Source: Eledone cirrhosa
Taxonomy: Eukaryota
Direction: 5' to 3'
DNA: 64,000 nt
NCBI GenBank assembly: GCA_964016885.1
Contig: OZ024748.1
Location: forward strand, 48,546,001 to 48,610,000
Part shown: piece after piece, positions 1 through 21,215 of the stretch
Numbering within the stretch: position 1 is the stretch's first letter
How the letters are laid out: every line of letters begins with the position of its first letter
Notes under the pieces: generated by a model
Database searches by the model: none
Seen by the model: the letters and a program-made list of their open reading frames with translations, nothing else
What the model was told of the DNA's origin: nothing
Program-made: the position numbers and the translations under genes

Positions 1-9016
<9,016 letters not shown>

Positions 9017-9216
9017 NNNNNNNNNNNNNNNNNNNNNNNNNNNNNNNNNNNNNNNNNNNNNNNNNNNNNNNNNNNNNNNNNNNNNNNNNNNNNNNNNNNN
9101 NNNNNNNNNNNNNNNNNNNNNNNNNNNNNNNNNNNNNNNNNNNNNNNNNNNNNNNNNNNNNNNNNNNNNNNNNNNNNNNNNNNNNNNNNNNNNNNNNNNN
9201 NNNNNNNNNNNNNNNN
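9017..9216. other. Assembly gap (200 N)
   Basis: Run of N. Confidence 1.
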
Positions 9217-10161
9217 GGTGGTGGCGATAATGGTGGTGATGGTGGTTTGGTGGTGGTGCTAATAGTGGTAGTGGTGGTGATAATGGAGGTGGTGGTTTGG
9301 TGGTGATCCAGTACAGTTTATTTTTAAAATCAAGTTCTAGAATCTGTATTATTTGATTGGAATTTCTTTTTGTTTTTTTTTCTTCTTAACTCTTAATATC
9401 CTGAAATGATTCTTCGTCTTCTTTTTCTTCAACTTTGTCATTGTCTTCTTCATTGACATTGTCTTCTCCTCCTCCTACTTATTTCAATGAGGGTTGTAGG
9501 TGCATAGTCTTTAGGCATGTCTTCCATTAGGGAATCTATTACTATTGAATCAATCAGAGATATTGTGACATTTAGATGATGTATATTTTCAAGTTCCCTA
9601 AAACTTTATACTTTCATGAATCACAAACATCCATAGAGATGTTGTTTAATTCTCAATTCTATTGAATTTAGTTGAGACAAAATTACTCCTGACAGCTTGC
9701 TAAACTGAAGGGTATAGAATAGGGTGCTTTACTTGGTGACTTTGAACACATGGAATGTAAGCAAAAAATCTAACACATTATCCAGCTATCGACTAATTTG
9801 CTTCAACAAGTTCCCTATAGTTCAAACATTTTATGAATGTGTATTTTTCTGAAAACAACAAGAGGCATTAACTCTGTTTAATATCATTTAAGAAAGTTTA
9901 CTAAACTGTATAAAAGTTTCAAATATCTTTGTTATTCTTACTCTATAAGGTATTGTGTTATTTATCATAAAATGTTGTTTATTTTATTAAATGCTTCTTT
10001 TTTTCCCCTATCTAATCTAACTAATTGTGATTTATCAATCTTGTCTCCAGGTTCCAATTATATTGATCAGGTTAGACCTAACATTCTCATTAGTTGTTTA
10101 TTTCTTTTATATCTTTGAGGAGAAAACAAATGAACTTACTTCTTGGAAGATGTAAAGTAAT

Positions 10162-10300
10162 TAGAGCTAGCAAATTAACGGAGTCATTAGAGCATAGGGA
10201 TAAAATATTTTTGTAGTATTTGTTCAGTTCTCTTTGCTCTGAGATCAAATCTTACTGAGGTCGACTTTGACTTCTACCCTTTCAGGATTGATAAAATAAA
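10162..10300 (+). mobile_element. Degenerate copy of tRNA-headed SINE family A
   Basis: CTGAGATCAAATCTTACTGAGGTCGACTTTGACTTCTACCCTTTCAGGATTGATAAAATAAAG aligns by eye with the younger copies at 18009 and 59824. Confidence 0.7.
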
Positions 10301-10829
10301 GATGTGTACCTTACCCTAGGGTACAACACAATGACTACAAGATGAGAAAGCCTCTACACAGTTGCTTGCCAAGCCTCAAATAAAAATAGCAATCAGACCT
10401 ACCTCAAATTGCACCTTAGCATTTTAAAAAAGAACACTACGTTATAGATAGCTAACACCTGAAAAAAAGGAAAAAAGATGCGATGGTCATTGTTGGAATG
10501 CCTTTCACTAAAGGTCTACATGATAATGTGTGGTATAATGTATCTAGGACATTATCTAATGTATTGTTTCATCATAAGTCTACATGATAATGTGTGGTAC
10601 AGAGTATAGAGGATATTATCTAATGTATACTTCTGTTTTTAAGATGCTAGAGGTAGATTTGGTTGCTATTTATTTGAGGCTAGGTGAGAAACGATGTAAA
10701 GGTTTCCTTGTCTAGTAGACAATATGTTGTATATCTGGGTATTCTTGAGTATAGCACATGTTTGTCAAACCTTATCTCTGTAGAGCTTCCCTCGGCTAGT
10801 ACGGCAGCGGCAATTGCAGCAGCTGTCGA

Positions 10830-11035
10830 TGGCGGTGATGGTGGCACTGTGGTAGTGGTGGTGGTGGTGGTGGTAGTGTGGTGGTGGTGGTGGTGATCGT
10901 GGTACTGATGCAGTGGTGATGTTGGTGCTGGTGGGGGTATTACTGGTGGCAGTGGTAGTGTTGGTAATGGTACTGGTGGCAGTGGTAGTGTTGGTGGTGG
11001 TACTGGTGACAGTGAAAGTGATGGTGGTGGTACTG
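10830..11035. repeat. (GGT)n-type low-complexity repeat
   Basis: Degenerate GGT/GTA trinucleotide run. Confidence 0.9.
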
Positions 11036-11458
11036 ATTTCTTGTATAGTCACGATGGTACTCAATTTTTATTTTTTAATTTTATTGAGGAGATATAGATT
11101 ATGTGATGTTCATACTTTTCTCTTAAAAATATTAGTGATATAAAGACAATCTCAGCCTAAATGAAAGGTTCTAGTTTTAATAATGTATACCATGGTTTGA
11201 TGAGACCTCCCACCGCCAAAAAAACCCCTTAAACAAAACAAAAAACAACCTACTTTTTACACTACAGTACTTGCCATTAACCCAGAAAATAGAAAAGAAA
11301 AATACAATTGGAAAGGTTGCAATATAAGTTATTTCACAACAAATTTATGTACTGTGTTGTTGTCTGCCAGTTTTGAATATCTTTAAAAAAAAAACATTAG
11401 GACAAATTGGACTCTTCATGTTTCTGTTTTGCTCATTTTCAAAAGAATTATCTTGTTA

Positions 11459-11882
<424 letters not shown>

Positions 11883-12447
11883 GCTCATTTTTGTTTGTTG
11901 TTTTTTTTCCTACCAACTGCCATTATGTTTAGGACATGAAACATTTCTTTCTCAGATACTCTATCATGAATTATAACATAGAAACAGTCTGTGTGTTTCT
12001 ATAGTTTTCAATAAAATTATTGTCATCTTGTCGTTGTGGAGGTGGTTTTGGTGGTGGATTGGTAAAAATGATTAGAGTGTCTGATAAAATGCTTTGTAGC
12101 ATTTATAGACCTTCATATTCAGAGTTCAGGTCAGTGTTGTTTTGTATTTTTCAAGAATGTCTTGCTAATGTGTTTCATGTGGTTTGTTAATTTAAATGTT
12201 TATAGTATAACTTACTAATAGACAGATTATTGTAAAACATTTTCAGTATTGGAGTAAAGACTTCAATTTTTCAATGTGATACAGTCATAGTGCTGTTTTG
12301 TACTTTTCAAGAATAGTACAGAACATTAAGATTTAAGAGTTGAAGAATTTATTGAAAGAACTGAGAAAAAAAAAAGTTCCAAACTTTAAAAAAATTTGGT
12401 CTTAAAGGTTGATATGAGGAAAAAATTTAAGTATTAGAGATAAAATA

Positions 12448-13278
12448 CAGGGTGGATGGAAAGAAACTCTCTATTGAAAATTACTTATAACTTTTGGCCT
12501 ACTGTGACCACATTCGACAACATCAATGACCTCATGCAAAATTGGACATCAAGCTACTCACAAACAGTGAGTAGCTTGATGTCCAATTTCCAGGATGTGG
12601 CTGGGTTGTTGATGTCCACATGAATGGCCAGCAAGAAGCCCTGATTTAATGCCATGTGATTTTTTTCCTGTTGGATGTGAATGAAGGAAGAAGTTTATAG
12701 CCTCAGAGACTAAAACTGACTCAATTGGAGGAACACATTTGTCATGTACTGATCAACATCCCGCTTGAGTTCCTGGTAAACTTAGTCGAGGATATACCCA
12801 GACAATTACAAACACTGGTGCCTATGTAGAATTTTGACAACCATTATACTGTTCAAAATAATATATCCAATCCAATCCAGGGTTTTCTCAATCCTGTTGG
12901 AGGAACCCTTTCCTGGTTGACCTCTACCGCTTTTGGTTTTGGTCATGTTTTCCGGGGTGTAGCCATACTTACTAGGCTTGTCTAATTGTGGGTTGGTGAA
13001 GCTATTTAACCCATAGTTTGGGTGGATGGCCGTTGAATTCTTAGGAGTTCATCCACTCTTTTTAACAGTTCTTGTTTTTTGTGTTGTTGGTGTTCCACTT
13101 ACTCTCCTCACCAAATCAGGGGGAGCCGGTTTAGTTGCTGACCACTCGACCATGAAGCAGGTTGTACTAGGTTTACCTGGTACAAGTAACAGGCTGGAAT
13201 AATACATGTTTTATGAAAAACGACCAATAATTAATTTATTAACAATTTTAAATAGGAATTTTCTTTCCACCCTCCCTA
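12448..13278 (+). mobile_element. Internally deleted Tc1/mariner-superfamily (maT/DD37D-like) DNA transposon
   Basis: Imperfect ~35-bp TIRs (TA|CAGGGTGGATGGAAAGAAACTCTCTATTGAAAATT ... AATTTTAAATAGGAATTTTCTTTCCACCCTCCCTA); from 12622 the sequence reads EWPARSPDLMPCDFFL, the WPxRSPDLxPxDFFLWG transposase motif. Confidence 0.8.
12880..13195 (-). mobile_element. Retroelement head fragment nested in the mariner-like element, related to the 22577/38664/62649 family
   Basis: Shares GGATGGCCGTTGAATTCTTAGGAG, CTCCTCACCAA and CCGGTTTAGT motifs with 38735-38853. Confidence 0.55.
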
Positions 13279-14295
13279 CAGAAACCAAATATTATATGAA
13301 AAGTGGCCTTGCTCAAAAGATTAAATATGAACTAATTTGTTTTCATTGTAGGCAATAGATGCACTCAGTTAATACAGTGGGATTTCTGAATTAATCTGTA
13401 TTTTTACTGCAGAAGAAATTAACAGGTGGGAAACCCATGAAATTAAGATTACAAACTATTGAAATATCTTTATTGGAAAGAAGTAAATAACTTTCTATGT
13501 AGGTAACATACCGATAGAGGAGAGATTGTACTGAACCTGAACTTCTGTTGTCTAGAGTAAGACTGAAAGGAAAAGAATGGAAGGAGCTCACTCTACTCTT
13601 GACAGCAGTCACTTTCTCTCTTAATGGAGTAATAATAATAATAATAATAATCTGACTATTATTAACGCATGCTTAATAATTTAGATGTATAGTTGTGAGA
13701 CAGGCAGGGAGCATTAGTTCAAAAGATCTTTGTAGATTAAGAGAAATGAGTTGACTGTGATTCGTTTGATGTGCAATGTTATAACTTGCATGAAAGGCCG
13801 AGTGCATGTAAGTTGAGAAAGAGAATGGTTAGCCATTGAAGGCATTAAGCCATTATGTGTGTGTTTGTGTTGTGTATATGTGTGTGTTTGTGTTGCGTGT
13901 GTGTGTAGTGGAGATAACTTCTGATATGGACACACAACACAAATAGATGATATCTACTGGGTGAAAATACAACATAAGCTGATGGTGTAGCCATGGCAGA
14001 TAGATTAGACTAATGATGATAAGGAGAGCATTGGATATATTAAATGTTGACTGTTGAGATTCAGATTAGAAAAGTGATTAATATCCCGATTGCGTTGGTA
14101 CGATAAAAGGTTCGGTTAAACATTATATATTGTAAACTTTAATATCTTATGTTTAATTGTGACAACGTAATTATTTTTAATTAACTTTTCAATGTTCACT
14201 TCCTCAAATGAGTTAACACTAACTTGTCCATTATGTCTTTAAAAAACATTATATATTGTAAACTTTAATATCTTATATTTGTCACTATGTAATTA

Positions 14296-14502
14296 CTGTA
14301 TATACTCGAATGTAAGCCGATGAATATGTGACCAAAAGATCGATGGTAGAAGGGGGTCAGCTTATATTTGGTTCAATATTTTTATGATTTTCATCAACTT
14401 CAAATTCTATGTAAATAAGATTTAGATTTTTTGCCCATTTCTCAGACATAAAATAGTGGGGTTAGCCTATATTCATATTGGCTTATATTCAAGTATATAT
14501 GG
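14296..14502. mobile_element. MITE of Tc1/mariner-pogo type with TA TSD
   Basis: TA|CTGTATATACTCGAATGTAAGCCGA ... TTGGCTTATATTCAAGTATATATGG|TA; the empty site is visible in the adjacent tandem duplicate. Confidence 0.85.
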
Positions 14503-15138
14503 TATTTTTAATTAGCTTTTTAATGTTCACTGCCTTAAAGGAGTTGACACTAACTTCTCTATAGTTTTTTTATATGTACTTCTTCTCTGAGTAATTTCTT
14601 TCAGTGATTTACCCTGCTGCCTCTAGCCCCTTTTATAAAGCTTTAAAGGAATTTACCCAATTTTCTCAACTATTATTTATAGTCATCAATGGTTATTAGT
14701 TATTTTCTGCATTTGGGACTCTCACATTTCAAAATTTTTCAACACACACACAATCTTTCTCTCTCTCACACACAATCACCCCCCCCCCCTCCCAACAAAT
14801 GTTTAAGGCCATTTTCTCTGCTAACGCAGGGGTTAGCCAAGTGGGCCCCATGGCAAGCTTCAAGGGTCAATTTGGGGGATGTTTTACAGCCAGATGCTTT
14901 TCCTGGTACTAATAATCATTTCAGTCACCTCTTATTACAACAACATACAGGAGGCAGCGAATTGAGTTAGAAATCCTGCTGTGATCAACTTTACCTTTCA
15001 TACTTTCAAGGTAGATAATAAACTACCAGTTCAGTACTGGGTCAATTCTTCCTCTATATCTCTTTTTCTCTCTTTCTCCCTTTCTATCATTCTCTCTTCT
15101 TCTGGAAGAAATCTGCTGTTTAGACCTGGAGAAATAAT

Positions 15139-15324
15139 TGTTTCTACTTTTGGCGCAAGGCCAGCCATTACCCAGTGAATTACTGGTACTTTATTTTATC
15201 GACCCCGTAAGGATGAAAGGCAAAGTTAACTTCGGCGGGATTTGAACTCAGAATGGCAAGGGCCGTAACTCTATGCGTCAAAGCATGACGTCCGACCCTC
15301 TACCGATACTGACAATCCACCGCC
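15139..15324 (-). mobile_element. Full-length young SINE family A copy nested in an older SINE
   Basis: 14-bp TSD CCTGGAGAAATAAT at 15125-15138 and 15325-15338; minus-strand head GGCGGTGGATTGTCAG and B-box-like GAGTTCAAATCCC; the host sequence resembles 55130-55200. Confidence 0.9.
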
Positions 15325-15748
15325 CCTGGAGAAATAATGGGCTCTGTAAGGTTTAAAATACCCGAAGACATGTATATGTCTTAACAGCTCTCCTCCAACT
15401 CCATCAGGAGTTAAGGTGGATCCAAACCGGGACAGATCAGCATCTTCATCAAGTGGCAATTTATCTTTCTGTTTTGTGGTAGGTAACTAAACAGGAAGTG
15501 TTGGTTTTATGGATGTGAAATCTGTTTAGTTATAAAAGGATTGATTTATCTCATCCTAATCTGTTGTGTCGAGACCTGGTGAGGGAGCTGCTCCGGTTTA
15601 AAATGCCCAAGAAATGCTATATGTCACTACAACTCCATCAGGAATTATGGGTAATAGAAAGAAAAAAAACAACTCCTACGTACTTATTTTAAATGAGATA
15701 CACACACATAGATACAGAACAATAACACTAAAATAACAACCAAGAAAT

Positions 15749-16478
15749 TCATCATCATCATCATCATCATCAACACCACTACCACCATCATCATCAACAC
15801 CACTACCACCATCATCATCAACACTACTACCATCACCATCACTACCATCATCGTCAACACCACCATCATCATCATCAACACCACAACCACTATCTGTACC
15901 ACCATTATCATCACTACCACTATCTCCAGCATCATCACCACTACCACTATTTTTACCATCATCAAAACCACCATCTCCACCACCACCATCATCACCATCA
16001 CCACCATCACCACTATTTCCACCACCACCACCATCATCATCACCATCATCACCATCACCACTATCTCCACCACGACCATCATCATCACCATCATCATCAC
16101 CATCACCACTATCTCCACCACCACCATCATCATCACTGTCACCACTATCTTCACCACCACCATCATCATCACCACCACCACCATCATCACCATCACCACT
16201 ATTTCCACCACCACCACCATCATCATCACCATCACCACTATCTCCACCACAACCACCATCATCATCATCACTGTCACCACTACCTCCATCACCACCATCA
16301 TCACCACCACCATCACCACCATCATCACCATCACCACTATCTCCACCACCTCCACCATCACCACCATCATCACCACCACCACTATCATCACCATCATCAC
16401 CTATCTCCATCAACACCATCATCATCAACACCACCACCACCACCATCACTACTACCGTTACCCCACCACTGCCACCAG
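15749..16478. repeat. (CAT/CAC)n trinucleotide low-complexity tract
   Basis: Mixed CAT/CAC/CTA triplets. Confidence 0.92.
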
Positions 16479-16786
16479 TTAGATATCACATGATCTGATA
16501 TTCAAGTCATTAATTTTTGTGCCACCAACAAAACTTAATTAAGCTAAGGTGTTATTCTTGAAATTAGGTCAAATCTGAAATTTCCACCAATATACTGTGG
16601 AGTATATTTAAAATGTGACAACCCTTGTGTACAACACATTAATTAGACAACACGCGATTAGTGACATGTGACCTCATATATAATTGGTTGCTTGTTAATT
16701 AGTATAAATTTCATGTTGCTAACGAAATAAGTGTGTCACAAAAAATGTTATTTAAAAGAAGGTATGTCACCAGTTCTGAAAGTTTA

Positions 16787-17275
16787 GGTGCAGCCAGTTG
16801 TTGGGGTGCCACTCCAGATGTGAGATGGGTGCGGCCAGTTGTTGGGGTGCCACTCCAGATGTGAGATGGGTGCAGCCAGTTGTTGTGAGGTGCCACTCTA
16901 GATGTGAGGCAGGTGCAGCCAGTCGTTGGGGGTGTCACACTAGATGTACCACTGGTGCAGCCACTCGTTGGGGTGCAAGTCTAGATGTGCCACTGGTGCA
17001 GCCAGTCGTTGGGGGTGTCACACTAGATGTACCACTGGTGCAGCCACTTGTTGGGGTGCAAGTCCAGATGTGCCACTGGTGCAGTCAGTTGTTGGGGTGC
17101 CACACTAGATGTACCACTGGTGCAGCCACTTGTTGGGGTGCAAGTCCAGATGTGCCACTGGTGCAGTCAGTTGTTGGGGTGCCACACTAGATGTACCACT
17201 GGTGCAGCCACTTGTTGGGGTGCAAGTCTAGATGTGCCACTGGTGCAGTCAGTTGTTGGGGTGCCACACTAGATG
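16787..17275. repeat. 41-bp minisatellite, about 12 units, with alternating A/B variants
   Basis: Unit CCACTGGTGCAGCCACTTGTTGGGGTGCAAGTCCAGATGTG; period 41 checked at 16787/16828 and 17032/17073/17114. Confidence 0.95.
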
Positions 17276-17295
17276 CTTTCACAGTCAGCTGTTAC

Positions 17296-17450
17296 CACTG
17301 GTCTCTATTCTCCATCATGTGTAGAAAGGTTTCGGAGTTGTAACCAGTCCAGTCTTTGATGTTGTCAGGCCAGGATTTTCTTTGTTTGCCTCTCCTTCAA
17401 CCTCCCTTTACTGTGTCCTGAAGGATGGCTTTAGACATGACTTTTGAGTG
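17296..17450 (-). mobile_element. RTE-clade LINE ORF2 C-terminal remnant
   Basis: Minus-strand translation with one frameshift: SKAILQDTVKG..RRGKQRKSWPDNIKDWTG...ENRDQW. Confidence 0.7.
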
Positions 17451-17519
17451 GATAGCATATTTTCAGTTGTCACAAAAACTATAATTGATTATATTCATCT
17501 AATTACAATTTTTCATGAT

Positions 17520-17885
17520 TGTAGCAGATTTTGAAAGATGGTCGTGCTGATGACATGACAAAAAGCATCTGGTTCATCCTGTAAGGTAGTCGTGCTGGCA
17601 ACATGACAAAAAGCACCCAATCTACCCTGTAAGGTGGTCATGCTGGTGACATACATAAAGAACCCAATCCACCCTGTAAGGTGGTCATGCTGGTGGCATG
17701 CTGGTGGCATGACAAAAGGCACCCAGTCCACCATATTATGTGGTCATTTTGGTGCGACAATGAAAAGCACCCAGTCCACACTGTGACGTAGTTGGTGTTA
17801 GGAAGGGTATCCAGCCGTAGAAACCAAGCCAAAATACAGATCAATATGAGCATGACATGATCTTCTAACCTGACTTGTCTCATAA
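17520..17885 (+). mobile_element. RTE 3'-UTR-type repeat with an amplified internal ~48-bp unit
   Basis: Tandem GTAAGGTGGTCATGCTGG..ACAAAAAGCACCC units followed by GTTGGTGTTAGGAAGGGTATCCAGCCGTAGAAACC, as in 41100-41290. Confidence 0.7.
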
Positions 17886-18008
17886 TGTAACCACCGGTTT
17901 TCAGATAAGAAATCTTGCAAAACAAATTCCAAAACGAATTATATATATATATATATATATAATTATATATTTGCTATATTGATTTCTCTTCATTATTTTT
18001 CCTATTTT

Positions 18009-18186
18009 GGCGGTGGATTGGCAGTATCGGTAGAGGGTCGGACGCCATGCTTTGACGCAAAGAGTTACAGCCCTTTCCATTCTGAGTTCAAATCCCGCCG
18101 AGGTTAACTTTGCCTTACGGGGTCGATAAAATAAAGTACCAGTAATACACTGGGTAATTGCTGGCCTTGTGCCAAAAGTAGAAACA
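18009..18186 (+). mobile_element. Full-length SINE family A copy
   Basis: Head GGCGGTGGATTGGCAGTATCGGTAGAG, B-box GAGTTCAAATCCC, core GGGGTCGATAAAATAAAGTACCAG; TSD ATTATTTTTCCTATTTT on both sides. Confidence 0.92.
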
Positions 18187-18407
18187 ATTATTTTTCCTAT
18201 TTTGCCTATTTTGTTGGATAATGTTTGAGATGTTGTTGTTGTAGTTGATAGTGGTGGTGTTGTATTGATGGAGGTGGTGGTGGTGGTGGTGGTGGTGGTA
18301 ATGATGATGTTATATTGATAGTAATGGCGGCGGTGATAATGGCGGTAAGGTTTCCTTATTTGTTTCATGCCTTCATTTCCTTGTCTAAATTCACATGTAC
18401 TTATTGT

Positions 18408-18772
18408 ATGTGTGTATAAATAAGTGTGTGTGTGTGTATAAATAAGTGTGTGTGTGTGTATAAATAAGTGTGTGTGTGTGTATAAATAAGTGTGTGTGTG
18501 TGTATAAATAAGTGTGTGTGTGTGTATAAATAAGTGTGTGTGTGTGTATAAATAAGTGTGTGTGTGTGTATAAATAAGTGTGTATGTGTGTATAAATAAG
18601 TGTGTGTGTGTGTGTATAAATAAGTGTGTGTGTGTGTGTATAAATAAGTGTGTGTGTGTGTGTATAAATAAGTGTGTGTGTGTGTATAAATAAGTGTGTG
18701 TGTGTGTATAAATAAGTGTGTGTGTGTGTATAAATAAGTGTGTGTGTGTGTATAAATAAGTGTGTGTGTGTG
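18408..18772. repeat. 22-24-bp minisatellite ATAAATAA(GT)n
   Basis: Regular ATAAATAAGTGTGTGTGTGTGT units. Confidence 0.97.
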
Positions 18773-18872
18773 TTTTGGCAGGGGTTGAGGATACAAACAG
18801 ATATGTAGTGATATAGGTTTTCATACATCTGTGTCGTGTATACATATGCATATGTGCTTGCTTGTATATGTT

Positions 18873-18951
<79 letters not shown>

Positions 18952-18975
18952 CATTATATATATACACACATAGAC

Positions 18976-19006
<31 letters not shown>

Positions 19007-19665
19007 CACACAAAGACACACATATGTGCATGTACAGACATAAAAAGAGTTTAAAGAAAGGTAGGTGAGACAGAAATGCATAGAAAAGTAGATGGGGGGG
19101 GGGGGGAGAGCGGAGATAGATAGAGATGGCCTACCTTTTGAATTTCGTTTCTCTAAATATACAATTGCCAAGGTAATGACACAGATATAGGCTGACTGAC
19201 AAATGTACCATCTCATTCTTAATCTTATTCTTATTCTATTTCAGTTTCATTTTATTATTCTTGTTGATGAGAAAGGGAGGGAGGAGGAGGATTAGATGGT
19301 GGTGGTGGTAGTGGTGGTGGTGGTGGTGGTGGGGTTGAACTGCTTCTATTTCTCTTCACAAATCAGCAGATTGCAAGAAGGCAAGAGGATAGAAAATAAA
19401 GGTTGCTTTAGAAATAATTTTGAAATCTTAAGACCTTGTGTCTTGTTGCTGCTGTATTTAGGTCCTCTCTCGTTGCTTGTGTTTTTCTTTCCTTTTTTTA
19501 CTATTTTGTGTGAAATTGTTCTAATCTAACTCGTTAGCACTTCATCTATCTCTGTTTATCCCTCTCTCTCTCTCTCTCTCTTTCTATATATATATATATA
19601 TATATATGTCTGTCTGTTCGTCTGTCTGTCTCTCTCTCTTTCTCTCTCTCTCTCAATCTATAATA

Positions 19666-19789
19666 TTTAATATAGAAAAGGCTTCTACAGGACTAGAACT
19701 GTTTCATTCGAAGGAAATCATCAGGCTTTCCTGATGATTTCCTTCGAATGAAACAGTTCTAGTCCTGTAGAAGCCTTTTCTATATTAAA
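19666..19789. repeat. Perfect inverted repeat, 60-bp arms, 4-nt spacer
   Basis: 19666-19725 is the exact reverse complement of 19730-19789. Confidence 0.97.
19724..19775 (+). ncRNA. Minimal type I hammerhead ribozyme motif (family H1)
   Basis: GGCTTTC-CTGATGA-TTTCCTTCGAAT-GAAA-CAG-TTCTAGTC-CTG-TA-GAAGCC; conserved core present, GUA cleavage triplet. Confidence 0.7.
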
Positions 19790-19809
19790 AATTGTATATA
19801 CTTTACTAT

Positions 19810-19976
19810 GTGGTTAGTGTTAGGAAGGGCATCCAGCCGTTGAAAACCTGCCAGAAACAGTTATGTGTGAGTGAGACATGGTCTCCCGACCAATCTCGCA
19901 TTGAGTGGGATAAAACTGTCCAACCCATGCTAGCGTGGAAGATGGACGTTAAACGATGATGATGATGATGATGATG
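19810..19976 (+). mobile_element. 5'-truncated RTE 3'-UTR copy with (GAT)n tail
   Basis: GTGTTAGGAAGGGCATCCAGCCG...AACCCATGCTAGCGTGGAAGATGGACGTTAAAC(GAT)n. Confidence 0.85.
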
Positions 19977-20429
19977 GTATATATGAAAAGATTCAGGACT
20001 GCGATGGCTGAGCTCCGACTGTTTCGACAACTGTATGAAACTGTTATTAACTAAATGTGTGCACTCTGAACAGCTGGTTGCAGTTGCATTACTGCAATTC
20101 AGTAGATTAATTGAGTGAGCTAGATGTTGGCCGGAGAATGTTGACTTAATACCAGCGACCTTCATTACATTTAAATATATATATATATTTATATTTATAT
20201 TTATTAAAATAACAGATTAAAGTTTAAGAAAAGAATCGCTGCTTTCACCCTTAACAGGATCTTCTGAAACTAAAAAAGTCAATCTGTGAACGCAGAAGTA
20301 AATATTTAAAAAAACGTTGCAACCGAAGGAAGACAGGAAGACGATACTTTGGTTTGTGGAAACTTTCCCTTCACAAAACATACATGTATCCTTATCGAGC
20401 CCTCTTTGGATTTTAGTCTTCAAATTTAT

Positions 20430-20476
<47 letters not shown>

Positions 20477-20612
20477 TGTAATAAACAACATAATACACGC
20501 ACACATATCAACTATAATAATATACCACCTGTGTTTGTATATACATACATACATATATATATATATATATTGTTTTTATTTAACACTTTTAAATTTATAT
20601 ACACATACACAC

Positions 20613-20797
20613 ATTCCATTTACCAGTGGTTTCTTAAAAGCAAAGAATTTTGCTTTCAATCCTCAGAATGAAAAAATCCTGGTCTGTTTATTGAATTTGT
20701 TTTTAAAATCCAAATTCAATAAACAGACCAGGATTTTTTCATTCTGAGGATTGAAAGCAAAATTCTTTGCTTTTAAGAAACCACTGGTAAATGGAAT
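20613..20797. repeat. Perfect inverted repeat, 87-bp arms, 11-nt spacer
   Basis: 20613-20699 is the reverse complement of 20711-20797. Confidence 0.97.
20738..20796 (+). ncRNA. Minimal type I hammerhead ribozyme motif (family H2); identical copy on the minus strand at 20614-20672
   Basis: TTCATT-CTGAGGA-[TTGAAAGCAAA/ATTC/TTTGCTTTTAA, 11-bp stem II]-GAAA-CCACTGG-TA-AATGGAA; stem III is the quasi-palindrome ACCACTGGT. Confidence 0.8.
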
Positions 20798-20892
20798 AAT
20801 TGCCTTATGTTGTTTATTACATAACTATTAAGCTCTGTTACCTACATAGAGCACTCTTTTTTCCTGGACTTTTCCGACGGAATTACTTCATT

Positions 20893-20983
<91 letters not shown>

Positions 20984-20988
<5 letters not shown>

Positions 20989-21215
20989 TACTTTGGGTGG
21001 GTTATGCTGCCAATAAAACACACGCGCCTGTTGGTTTTCACTTCAATCTTTACAAATTTCCAGCTGGTTGGTTTAATAACTGGATGATCGTTTAACTATT
21101 GTGAAAGCTCTTTCGTTACACATTCTGTTACCTCCTCAGTGACAAATTTATTTTGTGTCTCTCCTTTGTTCTGTCTTACACCATCTTGTGAAATGTGTGC
21201 TGTGTATTTGGGTTG
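20984..21215 (-). mobile_element. PLE-derived repeat with hammerhead motif (family H3)
   Basis: Minus strand TTGTCA-CTGAGGA-GGTAACAGAATGTGTAAC-GAAAGAGCTT-TCACAA at about 21099-21145; homologous to 45293-45515. Confidence 0.7.

Noticed and set aside
10021-10076. Possible 20-nt microexon (TCTCCAG|GTTCCAATTATATTGATCAG|GTTAGA) with an upstream CTAAC
   Set aside because: Splice-like motifs only; not frame-preserving and no supporting exons. Similar weak cases at 26915 and 56575.
15676-16449. Gly/Asp-rich and Val/Met-rich ORFs
   Set aside because: Trinucleotide repeat lacking stops by composition; no unique coding flank.
16787-17275. CRISPR-like regular repeat or Cys/Trp-rich ORFs
   Set aside because: Contiguous tandem units with no unique spacers; eukaryotic context and no cas genes.
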